From assembly GCA_963777275.1 (NCBI GenBank), contig CAVZPS010000001.1, positions 1,256,322-1,320,321 on the forward strand: DNA of 64,000 nucleotides, written 5' to 3'. The notes beneath the pieces are model-generated. The model saw nothing but the letters and a program-made list of their open reading frames with translations. It was not told the origin of the DNA and searched no databases. This document shows, one piece after another, positions 1-12,839 of the stretch; the stretch's first letter is position 1, and every line of letters begins with the position of its first letter. A program made the position numbers and the translations under genes. This stretch comes from an uncultured Actinomycetota bacterium (lineage in GTDB: Bacteria; Actinomycetota; Actinomycetes; Mycobacteriales; Mycobacteriaceae).

Positions 1-173
1 ACATCGTCCACGACGACATCAATCCCACCCGCATCGTGCCGAAGGGTCCCGAGCTGTCTGGCTGGTTCACCTCACACGGTCGGGAAACGTTGAAGGCCAA
101 GCCGTTCGGTGACGGGACGCCGCCGGGGCCACCGGTCGACGGCGAACAGGTACCTGACGGGCACGGCGGGTAG
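1..173 (+). CDS. C-terminal fragment of glutathionyl-hydroquinone reductase / GST omega-like (YqjG family) protein; partial at window edge
   Basis: Manual translation from nt 3 gives IVHDDINPTRIVPKGPELSGWF...GHGG*; INPTxIVPxGP is the typical YqjG C-terminal motif. Confidence 0.75.
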   Translation, partial: IVHDDINPTRIVPKGPELSGWFTSHGRETLKAKPFGDGTPPGPPVDGEQVPDGHGG

Positions 174-241
174 CCACCGTGCCCAGCGTCGACTTGTTGT
201 GCACGACAATGCCGTTTCGCCGCAACAACTCGACGTTCGGC

Positions 242-727
242 TCAGAACACCATCCGCACTGACCATTCGGCGTGCGGAACGTCGATCAGCTCACCGCGCG
301 GGTCGAAGGCCAGGGTCAGCAATTGCACGGCGATACCGGTCAGTCTGCCGCGCTGCGGGTCCACGGTCGGGATGGTGACTGCCAGCCGGCGGCCGGGCCG
401 GTAGATCGTCGACGTGGTGTTGGCCGGATCCTGGTAGACCCGCAGCAGCCGCCACGGTGCCCGGCCGATCTCCCGCGGCACCGACAGCTGCACCGGATCG
501 CCTTCGTCCACCGGCAATTCGCCCTGCTGCTGCGGCCGCTGGCAATCGTTGAGGTTGAGAACGTCGCAGTACAGGTAGGGACCTACCCGGGTCAGATGCC
601 CGTCGGAGTAGGCGCTGATCTGTGGCTGTCGCGGTACGTGATCTCGGGCGAGCAGCCATGCGCCGGTTCCGGTGCCCGCCGAGGCCAGCGCCGCCACCGC
701 GATGACGGCGACCGTTCGCAGCCTCAT
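242..727 (-). CDS. DUF2771 family exported protein (Rv0875c-like)
   Basis: ATG at 727 overlaps the stop of the upstream MFS gene; N-terminal signal/TM segment; ISAYSxG..VGPYLYC motif; synteny. Confidence 0.8.
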   Translation of the reverse strand: MRLRTVAVIAVAALASAGTGTGAWLLARDHVPRQPQISAYSDGHLTRVGPYLYCDVLNLNDCQRPQQQGELPVDEGDPVQLSVPREIGRAPWRLLRVYQDPANTTSTIYRPGRRLAVTIPTVDPQRGRLTGIAVQLLTLAFDPRGELIDVPHAEWSVRMVF

Positions 728-2367
728 CCCTGCTCGACCATCACCGGCCGGTTGCCGCCGAGGCCAGGGATCAGCGACTCGCCCCGGAAGCTGACGACAG
801 TTTGCGCCAACCCCAAGATGAGCACCGCGCTGACCGCGGTGAAACCGATCCATAGATCGGTGTACAGCAACACCCCGAGGGCGCCGCCGAGCACCCAAGC
901 CAACTGCAGGGTCGACTCGGAACGTCCAAATGCCGAAGCGCGGGACTGTTCTGGCAGATCGTCCTGCAACGAGGCATCCAGGGAAGCCTTCGCGATGGCA
1001 CTGGAACCCGACGTGAACAGGGTCGCCCCGGCCGCCACGAACAGATTGCCGGTCACCGCGGCCGTCAGCGCCGACACAGTGACCACCACGGTGCACCGCA
1101 CCACCACCACCGCGGGCCTGCCCAACCGCAGCCGCGCACTGGTGAAGTTCCCGGCGAAATTTCCGAGCGCCGCAGCGACACCGATCAGCCCTAATATGGC
1201 CACCTGCCGCAATCCGCTGGCGTGCTGTGCCTTCGCCACGAAAGCCGGGTAGAGGAACAAGAAACCAACCATCACCTTGACGGTGCTGTTGCCCCACAAC
1301 GAGGTGATGATGTTGCGGCCCAACGGCTGTCGCAGGGTACGGCCGGCGTCGTTCGCCTCCGCCTGCCAGCTCGGCCGCGCCGACCCGCGGTAACGCAGTT
1401 GAGTGGGAACTTCACCGGCGGTCACCTCGACCCAGCGCGGGATCCGCATCGACAGCAACGCCCCCGCCACCGTGACGACCACGACGACGAACAGCGCGCC
1501 TGGCATGGCGAACACGCGAGTGAACAGGTACTCGAACCCGCCCGCGATCCCGCCGCCGACGATGGTTCCACCCAGCAGACCGAACATGGTCAGCCGGGCA
1601 TTGACCCGCACCAGGTCGATGCTCGGCGGCATGACTCGCGGGGTGACCGCGCTGCGCAGAACGCTGAACGATTTCGACAGCACCATCATCGCCAGGGCGC
1701 ATGGATAGAGCACCCAGGACGGGAAGCTGCCGGTGGAACCGTCGTAGTTGAAGATCAGCACCACCGCCAACGCGGTGCGCAGAGCGAACGACAACGCCAG
1801 CGCAACTCGCCGGCCGTGCTGCAGCCGGTCCAGCGCCGGGCCGATCAACGGCGCGATCACGGCAAACGGCGCGATGGTGATCAACAGATACAGCGCAACT
1901 TTGTCCTTGCTTTCCCCGGAAGCCGCCGCAAAGAACAGCGTGTTGGCCAGCGCGACAGCCATCGCGGAGTCGACCGCGAAGTTGGCGACCACCGGCCAGG
2001 TCAGCGCCGTCAGCCCGGACTTGTCGGCACCGTCGGCGGTCGCGGCCCGCTGAACCAGCCAGTACATCCGGGAACCCATCTCCCGGCTGCGCTGGGCGGC
2101 GGCGCGGGTGACAGTGACCCGTTCACCCGCCCGGTCAGCGCGCGGCGGCCTGCCGGGCCCGGCGAATTCTTGTCGTTCCCGGTTCAGCGGCGGCAGGTAG
2201 CGGTTGGCGCTGGGCACGGGTGGCGGGCGGCGCGGTCGCTGCTGCCTCGCGTCGTCCGCGGGATAGTTCGCCATCCCGGGATGCTCGCCGGCCGCGCCGG
2301 GGCGCGACCGACCGCCAGTGCGTGACGCCAGGCCTGCGGCGCGGGGATCACGTCGTTCGCCGGGCAC
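724..2367 (-). CDS. MFS-type membrane transporter (Rv0876c-like)
   Basis: C-terminal part of the long ORF; many TM helices, ADGADKSGLTALT and LDRLQHGRR motifs; start codon approximate. Confidence 0.8.
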   Translation of the reverse strand: MPGERRDPRAAGLASRTGGRSRPGAAGEHPGMANYPADDARQQRPRRPPPVPSANRYLPPLNRERQEFAGPGRPPRADRAGERVTVTRAAAQRSREMGSRMYWLVQRAATADGADKSGLTALTWPVVANFAVDSAMAVALANTLFFAAASGESKDKVALYLLITIAPFAVIAPLIGPALDRLQHGRRVALALSFALRTALAVVLIFNYDGSTGSFPSWVLYPCALAMMVLSKSFSVLRSAVTPRVMPPSIDLVRVNARLTMFGLLGGTIVGGGIAGGFEYLFTRVFAMPGALFVVVVVTVAGALLSMRIPRWVEVTAGEVPTQLRYRGSARPSWQAEANDAGRTLRQPLGRNIITSLWGNSTVKVMVGFLFLYPAFVAKAQHASGLRQVAILGLIGVAAALGNFAGNFTSARLRLGRPAVVVVRCTVVVTVSALTAAVTGNLFVAAGATLFTSGSSAIAKASLDASLQDDLPEQSRASAFGRSESTLQLAWVLGGALGVLLYTDLWIGFTAVSAVLILGLAQTVVSFRGESLIPGLGGNRPVMVEQG

Positions 2368-2454
2368 CGGTCGATTCTCCCCCATACCGACCGCACCGGT
2401 GTGCAGGCCGTCGGTGTGGCTGTCTGCCCACCTCCTGCGGCAGAATTGACGACG

Positions 2455-3264
2455 ATGGACAGCATGATCGAGTCGACCGAAGATGCCGGCTTCGGCGCGC
2501 CCACTCCTTCCGCCGCGGACCGGCCGGAAGATCTGGCGGCGATTCTCGTCGGCGCAGTCGAACAGGCCCGCGAGGCGATCGCCGAGTTCAGCGGTGCGGA
2601 CACCGTCGGTGACTATCTGGGCGTCGGTGATGAAGACCTGACCTCGGCCACCCACCGTTTCCTGGCGCATCTGCCCGGTTACCAGGGCTGGCAGTGGGCT
2701 GTGGTGGTCGCCGCATATCCCGGCGCCGGCCACGCCACGGTCAGCGAGGTGGTACTGGTTCCCGGCCCGACGGCGCTGCTGGCTCCGGAGTGGGTGCCCT
2801 GGGACGAACGCGTCCGGCCGGGTGATCTGGGCCCGGGGGACTTGTTGGCCTCGCCGCCCGACGATCCCCGGCTGGTTCCCGGCTACAGCGCGACCGGTGA
2901 TCCGCAGATCGATGAAGTGGCCGTCGAGTTGGGCCTTGGTCGACGCCAGGTGCTCAGCGCCTGGGGCCGCCTCGAAGCGGCTCAGCGCTGGCATGACGGC
3001 GACTACGGTCCGGGCTCGCAGATGGCCCGCTCGACGAAGCGGGTGTGCCGCGATTGTGGCTTCTACCTGCCGTTGGCCGGGTCGCTGAACCGGCTGTTCG
3101 GGGTGTGCGCCAACGAGATGTCCGCTGACGGGCACGTCGTCGAATCCGAATACGGTTGCGGTGCGCACTCCGACACTCCGGCGCCCGCGGGCAGCGGATC
3201 GCCTGCCCACAATCCCTACGACGACGGGGTGCTCGACATCTCCCAGTCGCCGGAACAGGGTTAG
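2455..3264 (+). CDS. DUF3027 domain protein (Rv0877-like)
   Basis: PGYxGWQWAVV, EVVLVPG and C-terminal CxxC..C..C-H motifs. Confidence 0.85.
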   Translation: MDSMIESTEDAGFGAPTPSAADRPEDLAAILVGAVEQAREAIAEFSGADTVGDYLGVGDEDLTSATHRFLAHLPGYQGWQWAVVVAAYPGAGHATVSEVVLVPGPTALLAPEWVPWDERVRPGDLGPGDLLASPPDDPRLVPGYSATGDPQIDEVAVELGLGRRQVLSAWGRLEAAQRWHDGDYGPGSQMARSTKRVCRDCGFYLPLAGSLNRLFGVCANEMSADGHVVESEYGCGAHSDTPAPAGSGSPAHNPYDDGVLDISQSPEQG

Positions 3265-3716
3265 CGCTGCTCGGCCGCGGCCTTGATCTTGGCCAGCGAT
3301 GTGTTCATCCCGGCGAGCAACTCGCGCTCGAAGTTCGCCGTCCCGCCCATCACCGCGTTCACCGACAGGCTCGAGATGGCTTTGACGCCGTTCTCGGCGT
3401 GCCGGCTTTCGATCACCCGGGTGCCGTCCGCCGTCGGCTCCAGTTCGTAAGTCCAGATGGTGTTGTTGGCGTTGACCCGGAACGCCAGCCGCTGCTCGGG
3501 AATCACCTCGATGACCGTGCAGGTGGTCAGCCAGACCAGGCGGTTTCGCCGGTTGACGTTGATCGTGCGGGTGCCGCGGCGCACCGGGCCGAGCGGCTTC
3601 ATCCAGCGGCACTGTGGACTCCACTGCGGCATCCGGCTGAAGTCGGAGATGAGCTGCCACACCGTCGACGCCGGTGCTTTGATCTCGACCTGTGCTTGCA
3701 ACAGCGGCGCTGCCAT
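3261..3716 (-). CDS. SRPBCC/polyketide cyclase family protein
   Basis: [35 protein letters not shown]-like fold signature. Confidence 0.8.
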   Translation of the reverse strand: MAAPLLQAQVEIKAPASTVWQLISDFSRMPQWSPQCRWMKPLGPVRRGTRTINVNRRNRLVWLTTCTVIEVIPEQRLAFRVNANNTIWTYELEPTADGTRVIESRHAENGVKAISSLSVNAVMGGTANFERELLAGMNTSLAKIKAAAEQR

Positions 3717-3988
3717 CAGCTCAACCTCCCGCTGGCGAATCCTGTCTGCGCACCGCGCACATTGCGTCGGGCGGCGTCTCGTTGCCACAGGAAGATACCG
3801 GTGCCGATCAGCCCGGTCGCCAGCCCCGCCAAAGCGCCGGGACGCCAGCCGGCCAGTGCGGGCACGGTGAAGGCGACGATGACCGCCGCTAACCATCCGA
3901 GGGCGCCGACTCCGATGACAGGCCACACTCGCAGCAGCGACTCCGGCAACGGCGGCGGCTCACCTTGGTTGGCAGGTTGGTCGGGCAT
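3716..3988 (-). CDS. DUF2530 small membrane protein (Rv0879c-like)
   Basis: Two TM helices ending [14 protein letters not shown]; stop overlaps the next ATG. Confidence 0.8.
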   Translation of the reverse strand: MPDQPANQGEPPPLPESLLRVWPVIGVGALGWLAAVIVAFTVPALAGWRPGALAGLATGLIGTGIFLWQRDAARRNVRGAQTGFASGRLS

Positions 3989-4066
3989 CGGTCAACGCTA
4001 TCGCTGATGTGCCCGCCGGAGTTGAAAAGTCGCAGTAACCGCAGGCGGTGTCGTAACGTTCGCGCT

Positions 4067-4507
4067 GTGATAGACGGTGAGCCGTGTGACACCGGGCTGG
4101 CCAGCGATTTGTCGCTGGCGGTCATGCGGCTGGCTCGTCAACTCCGCTTTCGGCGCCCGCAGTCGCCGGTGACGTTGTCACAGATGTCGGCGTTGGCCAC
4201 CTTGTTGAAAGAGGGCGCGATGACGCCGGGCGCGCTGGCCATCCGGGAGCGGGTGCGCCCGCCGTCGATGACCCGCGTCATTGCTTCGCTGGCCGACATG
4301 GGCCTGGTGGACCGCACACCGCATCCCGACGACGGCCGGCAGGTACTGGTTTCGGTGTCGGGCGCCGGCGCCGACCTCCTGGAGACCGAACGCCGCGCCA
4401 GCCGCGAATGGCTGGCCCAGCGGCTGGACACCTTGAACGGTGCCGACCGGGACACGTTGCGCACGGCCGCAGACCTGATGTTGGCGCTAGTCGACGAAGG
4501 CCCGTGA
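4067..4507 (+). CDS. MarR family transcriptional regulator (Rv0880-like)
   Basis: wHTH: [37 protein letters not shown]. Confidence 0.9.
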   Translation: MIDGEPCDTGLASDLSLAVMRLARQLRFRRPQSPVTLSQMSALATLLKEGAMTPGALAIRERVRPPSMTRVIASLADMGLVDRTPHPDDGRQVLVSVSGAGADLLETERRASREWLAQRLDTLNGADRDTLRTAADLMLALVDEGP

Positions 4508-4660
4508 GCCGCGCCGGCGACGATGCAGAGCGCAGCGATGAGGAGGAGCGGCGCCCGTGAGCCGCGCCGGCGACGATGCAGAGCGCAGCGATGAGGAGGA
4601 GCGGCGCCCGTGAGCCGCGCCGGCGACGATGCAGAGCGCAGCGATGAGGAGGAGCGGCGC
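4504..4660 (+). repeat. MIRU-type tandem repeat, 3 x 53 bp
   Basis: GTGAGCCGCGCCGGCGACGATGCAGAGCGCAGCGATGAGGAGGAGCGGCGC units start at 4504, 4557 and 4610. Confidence 0.95.
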
Positions 4661-5503
4661 CTGATCGACGTCCTGGATGTCAGCGATCCCGACGACCCGA
4701 GGCTCGACGATTTCCGCGACCTGAACAGCATCGACCGCCGGCCGGATCTGCCGACCGGCAAGGGTCTGGTGATCGCCGAAGGCGTGCTGGTGGTGCAGCG
4801 CATGCTGGCTTCGCGGTTCGCGCCGCTGGCTCTGCTGGGCACCGAGCGCCGCCTCGCGGAGCTGTCCGGCGACCTGGCCGGCGTCGACGCACCCTACTAC
4901 CGGGTGTCCGCTGAAGTGATGGCCGACGTGGTGGGCTTTCACCTCAACCGCGGAGTGCTGGCCGCGGCGCGGCGGGCGCCGGAGCCCGGGGTCGCCGAAC
5001 TGCTCGACGGTGCCCGCACCCTTGCCGTTCTGGAAGGCGTCAACGACCACGAGAACCTGGGTGCCATCTTCCGCAACGCCGCGGGTCTGGGCGTCGACGC
5101 GGTGCTGTTCGGCAGCGGCTGCGCTGACCCGCTCTATCGCCGCGCCGTTCGAGTGTCGATGGGTCATGCGCTGCTGGTGCCCTACGCGCGCGCCCGGCAG
5201 TGGCCCCATGAGCTCGACTTACTGCACGACGGCGGATATCGGCTGTTGGCGATGACGCCCGATGCTGCCGCGAGGTCGTTGCCTGCGGCGATGGCGAGCG
5301 TCCGCGACGATCGGGTGGCCATCCTGGTCGGCGCTGAGGGGCCGGGGCTGAGCGTCACGGCCTTGAGAAAGAGCGATCTGCGGGTCCGCATTCCGATGAC
5401 GCGCGGCACCGACTCGCTCAACGTCGCCACCGCCGCCGCGTTGGCCTTCTACGAGCGGGCTCAAACGGTCCGCACCGTCGACCGGGCTAGGCTCGCGCCG
5501 TGA
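4610..5503 (+). CDS. TrmH/SpoU family RNA methyltransferase (Rv0881-like)
   Basis: SPOUT motifs LEGVNDHENLGAIFRNA, GAEGPGL, IPMTRGTDSLNVATA. Confidence 0.92.
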   Translation: MSRAGDDAERSDEEERRLIDVLDVSDPDDPRLDDFRDLNSIDRRPDLPTGKGLVIAEGVLVVQRMLASRFAPLALLGTERRLAELSGDLAGVDAPYYRVSAEVMADVVGFHLNRGVLAAARRAPEPGVAELLDGARTLAVLEGVNDHENLGAIFRNAAGLGVDAVLFGSGCADPLYRRAVRVSMGHALLVPYARARQWPHELDLLHDGGYRLLAMTPDAAARSLPAAMASVRDDRVAILVGAEGPGLSVTALRKSDLRVRIPMTRGTDSLNVATAAALAFYERAQTVRTVDRARLAP

Positions 5504-5778
5504 ACGACGAGTCCACCCCGTGGGCGACGGGCCTGACGGTATCCGGATTCGTCGCAGCGGTGACGGCGGTGGCCATCGTGGTGCTCAGCCTCGGGCTGGT
5601 CCGCGTGCATCCGCTGCTGGCGGTCGGCCTCAATATCGTCGCGGTCGGCGGTTTGGCGCCGACCCTGTGGGGCTGGCGGCGCACGCCGGTGCTGCGCTGG
5701 TTCGTCCTCGGCGCGGGAATCGGTGTAGTCGGCGCCTGGCTGACGCTGCTGGCGTTGGCGTCAGTGCAGCGCAGCTGA
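5500..5778 (+). CDS. DUF2537 small membrane protein (Rv0882-like)
   Basis: TPWATGLT..HPLLAVGLN..PTLWGWRRTPVLRW; three TM segments. Confidence 0.8.
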   Translation: MNDESTPWATGLTVSGFVAAVTAVAIVVLSLGLVRVHPLLAVGLNIVAVGGLAPTLWGWRRTPVLRWFVLGAGIGVVGAWLTLLALASVQRS

Positions 5779-6574
5779 TCAGCGCTGCCCGGTGGAGCGC
5801 ACGCCCAGCAGCACGTCTTCCCACGGCGGCACAGTCGGCTTGCGGCGGCGGGTACGAGTTGAACTGCGGTCAGCTTCGGCAGTCGCGGTGTCCGGCGACG
5901 CGGCCTGCGCAGGTCCGGTCGCGGGCTCGGTCGAAGTCCAGCTGAGCCACCGGGGCCAGCGGACGCAACGGACGCTCGAAGCTCGGGTCGATCAATTCGG
6001 TTGCGCCGTCATCGACCGCTGTCACGATGCCGCCGTGGGCGCCGGGAGTGAACCGGAAGTGCGCCAGATTGTCCGACCGGCCGGCCTTCCAGGCCAACTG
6101 CACGGTCCACCGGCCGTCTTCGTTACGCCACGCGTCCCACCGGATGCTGTCGGGATTGTGGCCACGAGTGAGCAGGGTGGAGGTGACGGTCTCCAGCAGC
6201 GTCAGCACGGAGGGACCGTCGGCGAGGACGGGATGTGCGGCGGTAGCCAGTTCGGCAGCGCGGGAACGTTCCAGCAGAACCGGATGAGCGAAACGCTGTA
6301 CTCGGGAGACGTCGGCTCCGGCCGCTGCGGCCACCTGCTCGACGGATGCACCGGCGCGAATCCGCGCCTGGATCTCTCTGGGACTGAGCATAGTGGTGAC
6401 CTCGATGCCGATTTGAGTTTGCCCGAGCCGAGCTCCGTCGCCGCGTACAACCGCCCGCAGCCGATCATCGAACGACAATCTGAACTTTTCGGCCGAACCC
6501 CCGGTTTCGGGCGCGCCTTCGCAGATGATGTGTTTGCCATCGACGTCGAGTCCAACGACTTTCAGTTCCCGCAT
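5779..6574 (-). CDS. sepH: Septation protein SepH (DUF3071, Rv0883c-like); apparent frameshift near 5930
   Basis: MRELKVVGLDVDG, LSPREIQARIRAGAS; the conserved tail KPTVPPWEDVLLGVRS lies in another frame, ending at the stop 5779-5781. Confidence 0.85.
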
Positions 6575-6678
6575 GGCTTCTCCTCGCAGGCTGTTGACGC
6601 ACCGGCACGCCAGGGCCGTCAGGTGCGCACTTTAATGCAGCCGGCGGCCGTGGCGGTGCTGACACGCTGGCCGGTCGG

Positions 6679-8972
<2,294 letters not shown>

Positions 8973-8986
8973 CGCGTCGGCTGCTG

Positions 8987-10681
8987 ATGGCGCACGTCAT
9001 AACGCAGTCGTGCTGTAACGACGGCTCCTGTGTTTTCGCCTGCCCGGTGAACTGCATCCATCCGACACCTGACGAGCCCGGGTTCGCCACCTCGGAGATG
9101 CTCTACATCGACCCGGTGGCCTGCGTTGATTGCGGGGCATGCGTCGCCGCATGCCCGGTCGACGCCATCGCGCCCGAGGCGAGACTGGTTGCCCAGCAGT
9201 TGCCGTTCGTGTCGTTGAACGCGTCTTACTATCCCGAACGGCCCGCTGACCAGAAGCTGCCGCCCACGTCGAAGCTGGCGCCGGTGATCCCGGCGCCGCA
9301 GGTGCGCGGCGGTCACAACCGAGCACTGACTGTGGCGGTCGTCGGTTCTGGGCCCGCGGCGATGTACGCCGCCGACGAGCTGCTCACCCAGCACGGCGTG
9401 CAAGGTCAACGTGTTCGAAAAGCTGCCCACCCCTTACGGATTGGTGCGCGCAGGTGTTGCGCCCGATCATCAGGAGACCAAGCACGTCACCCGGCTGTTC
9501 GACCGGATCACCGGACAGCGCGGCTTTCGCTTCTACCTCAACGTCGAAGTCGGCAAGCATCTCAGCCATGCCGACCTGCTGGCCCACCACCACGCGGTGA
9601 TCTACGCCGTCGGGGCGCCCAACGACCGTCGACTCGATATCGAAGGCATGGGCCTGCCGGGCACCGGGACGGCCACCGAACTGGTGGCCTGGATCAACGG
9701 GCATCCCGAGTTCGCCGCACTGCCGGTAGATCTCAGCCATGAGCGCGTCGTGATCATCGGCAACGGCAACGTCGCGCTGGACGTTGCGCGCGTGCTCACC
9801 GCAGACCCACAGCGGCTCGCCGGCACCGACATCGCCGACCACGCGTTGGACGTGCTGCGCAGCTCCGCGGTGCGCGAGGTGGTGATCGCCGCCCGGCGCG
9901 GACCGCTGCACTCGGCGTTCACGCTGCCCGAACTGATCGGCTTGACCGGCACCGCCGACGTCGTACTGGACAGCTCCGACCACGAGCAGGTGCGGCGCGA
10001 TCTGACCGCCGACGCGCCACGCCGACGCCCTGGCTTTACAAAAACTGCGGATCCTCAGCAGCCTCGGCAACAGCGCGGACCCGTCTTCGCGGCCGCGGAT
10101 TCGGCTGGCTTTCCGGCTCACTCCCCGACGGGTCCGCGGTGCCCAGCGCGCGACCGGTGTGGAGTTCGATATCACCGGCACCGAGGAACAGCGAACAATC
10201 GACGCCGGGTCTGGTGCTGACGTCGGTCGGATACCGCGGGAAGCCGATCGCCGGCCTGCCATTCGACGACACTGCGGGCATCGTTCCTAACGACGGTGGC
10301 CGCGTCATCGACCCGCAGCTGGGCCACCCGGTGCCCGGCAGCTATGTGGCCGGCTGGATCAAGCGCGGCCCGACCGGCTTCATCGGCACCAACAAGTCGT
10401 GTGCGACGCAAACGGTTCGGGCATCTGGTGGACGACTTCAACGCCGGCCGGCTGGCCGACCCGCCTCGCCGGCCGTCCGCATTGGACCGACTGGTGTGGG
10501 AGCGTCAGCCGGGTGTCGTCGACGCCGCCGGCTGGCACGCCATCGACGCCGCCGAGGTGGCCCGGGGCGCCCAGGAAGGCCGTCCGCGCATCAAGTTCAC
10601 CGACGTGCGCGACATGCTGGCGGTGGCCGCCGCCGCGCCCCGCCGCCGCTGCGCCGGCGGCTGGCCGACCGGCTTCGCTGA
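8987..10681 (+). CDS. fprB: Ferredoxin-fused NADPH:ferredoxin reductase FprB; about 5 frameshifts
   Basis: 2x[4Fe-4S] N-terminus (CCNDGSCVFACPVNC, CVDCGACVAACP), VGSGPA, GLVRAGVAPDH, GNGNVALD and GWIKRGPTG spread over several frames. Confidence 0.85.
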
Positions 10682-10765
10682 CTCACTTGATCCGCCAGGA
10701 TTCAGCGCGGGCGATGGGTTACACCAAGCCCGGACTGGCCGATTAGCATTAGTTCAGGAGTGACC

Positions 10766-10935
10766 ATGCCCAATCCGATCGACTGCAGAAGGCGCTGTCC
10801 GGTGCGTCCTCCCAGCAAGAAGCAGGACCTGATCCCACGCCAAGACAACGCGCTAAGCAGATTCTCGACGCGCTGGAGAAGTTGCCCGACGGAGACATCA
10901 GCGGGCCCGACCAGGTACAGAAAGCGGTGTTCTGA
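10766..10935 (+). pseudogene. DUF2795-like small protein, frameshifted
   Basis: AGGAG RBS then ATG; pieces MPNPID/QKALSGAS/KQDLI/KQILDALEKLPDGDISGPDQVQKAVF* lie in different frames. Confidence 0.6.
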
Positions 10936-10939
10936 GCCG

Positions 10940-12073
10940 CTATTCGGACTTGCGGACCTGGTCCCAGCCTTCGACGGACTCCGGGCTGCGCGGCGCCGGC
11001 CCGACGTAGATGGCCGCGGGGCGGACCAGCTTGCCCAACCGCTTCTGTTCCAGGATGTGGGCGCACCAGCCGGCGGTGCGCCCACAGGTGAACATGGCGG
11101 GCATCATCCTGGCCGGCACCCGCGCGAAGTCCAGGATGACCGCCGCCCAGAACTCGACGTTGGTTTCGATGGCGCGATCGGGGCGACGTTCCCGAAGCTC
11201 GGAAAGCGCCGCCTGCTCCACCGCCCGCGCGACCTCGTAGCGGGGTGCGCCCAACCGCTTGGCGGTTGCCCGCAGCACCCGGGCCCGCGGGTCCTCGGCA
11301 CGGTACACGCGGTGGCCGAAGCCCATCAGCTTTTCCCCGCGGTCCAAGATGCCCTTCACCAAAGCCCGCGCATCACCGGTGCGTTCGACCTCTTCGAGCA
11401 TCGGCAGCACGCGCGCCGGCGCGCCACCGTGCAGCGGACCGCTCATGGCGCCGATCGCCCCGGACAGGGCTGCCGCCACGTCAGCGCCGGTCGAGGCGAT
11501 CACCCGGGCGGTGAAGGTCGAGGCGTTCATGCCGTGCTCGGCTGCCGACACCCAGTAGGCGTCGACGGCTTCGACGTGCCGCGGGTCCGGCTCGCCCTGC
11601 CAGCGGGTCATGAAACGCGCTGTGATGGTGGTGCATTCGTCGATGATGCGTTGCGGAACCGCGGGCTGGTAGATGCCGCGGGCTGACTGCGCCACGTAGG
11701 AGAGCGCCATCACCGACGCCCGGGCGAGCTGGTTGCGGGCGGTGGCTTCGTCGATGTCGAGCAGTGGCTGGTAGCCCCAGATGGGCGCCAGCATGGCCAG
11801 GCCGGCTTGCACGTCGACACGCACATCGCCGCTGTGAATCGGCAACGGGAAGGGTTCTGCCGGGGGCAGGCCGTGACCGAACTTACCGTCGACCAGTAAT
11901 GCCCAGGCATCGCCGAAAGTGATCTGCCGGCTCACCAGATCTTCGATGTCCACACCGCGGTAGCGCAGCGCCCCGCCGTCCTTGTCCGGCTCAGCAATCT
12001 CGGTGGTGAAAGCCACCACGCCTTCGAGGCCGGAGACGAAGTTCTCCGGGATGCTTGCGGGAGTCACAGTCAT
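10940..12073 (-). CDS. citA: Citrate synthase 2
   Basis: [39 protein letters not shown]. Confidence 0.95.
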   Translation of the reverse strand: MTVTPASIPENFVSGLEGVVAFTTEIAEPDKDGGALRYRGVDIEDLVSRQITFGDAWALLVDGKFGHGLPPAEPFPLPIHSGDVRVDVQAGLAMLAPIWGYQPLLDIDEATARNQLARASVMALSYVAQSARGIYQPAVPQRIIDECTTITARFMTRWQGEPDPRHVEAVDAYWVSAAEHGMNASTFTARVIASTGADVAAALSGAIGAMSGPLHGGAPARVLPMLEEVERTGDARALVKGILDRGEKLMGFGHRVYRAEDPRARVLRATAKRLGAPRYEVARAVEQAALSELRERRPDRAIETNVEFWAAVILDFARVPARMMPAMFTCGRTAGWCAHILEQKRLGKLVRPAAIYVGPAPRSPESVEGWDQVRKSE

Positions 12074-12159
12074 GGCGCGAATTCTCCCACTTCGATCGGG
12101 GCCCCGAAACTACCGGTCGGTAACCAAGACGCCGGTCGGCCGTTGGTAGCGTTGGCGCG

Positions 12160-12819
12160 ATGGCAGGACCAGACAACGAGCACCTGGCGGCGATGCGGGC
12201 GGAGTACGGGTCGGTGGAAAAAGACGGTAGTCCCGACCTCGACGTCGACTGGCTCTCCGACGGTTGGGTCTCGTTACTGCGCAAATGGTTTGACGATGCT
12301 GAGCAGGCGGACCTCGCCGAGCCCAACGCCATGGTGCTGGCCACCGTCGAGGCCGGGCGTCCGGTGAGCCGAACGGTGCTGTGCAAGGGCGTCGAGGAGA
12401 CCGGTATCACGTTCTTCAGCAACTACGACTCGGCCAAGGGCGCTCAGTTGGCGGTGACGCCGTACGCGTCGGCGACGTTTCCCTGGTATCAGCTCGGCCG
12501 GCAGTTCCACATCCGCGGTCCGGTGAGCCGGGTGGATCGTCAAGCCACCGAGAACTATTGGTCCAGGCGGCCGCGCGGCTCGCAACTGGGCGCGTGGGCG
12601 TCGCACCAGTCCTGGCCGATCGGCTCGCGAGCAGACCTGCTCGACCAGCTCGTCGAGGTGACCGAGCGCTTCGCCGACGTCGACAACGTGCCGGCACCGC
12701 CGAACTGGGGCGGCTACCGCATCGCGCCCGAGGCGGTCGAATTCTGGCAGGGACGAGAGAACCGGCTGCACAACCGGATTCGGGTGATCGGCGAGCGCGT
12801 CGAACGCCTGCAACCTTAG
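12160..12819 (+). CDS. pdxH: Pyridoxine/pyridoxamine 5'-phosphate oxidase
   Basis: [40 protein letters not shown]. Confidence 0.95.
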   Translation: MAGPDNEHLAAMRAEYGSVEKDGSPDLDVDWLSDGWVSLLRKWFDDAEQADLAEPNAMVLATVEAGRPVSRTVLCKGVEETGITFFSNYDSAKGAQLAVTPYASATFPWYQLGRQFHIRGPVSRVDRQATENYWSRRPRGSQLGAWASHQSWPIGSRADLLDQLVEVTERFADVDNVPAPPNWGGYRIAPEAVEFWQGRENRLHNRIRVIGERVERLQP

Positions 12820-12839
12820 CCGGCGGTGCGCACAGCTTG

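Noticed and set aside
724-3660. 978-aa ORF
   Set aside because: The N-terminal ~430 aa is shadow read-through over the DUF3027 and SRPBCC genes; only the MFS part looks real.
4504-4660. Possible CRISPR array (also the repeats at 21532 and 59571)
   Set aside because: Units are directly tandem with no unique spacers, no cas genes are present, and they match the MIRU pattern.
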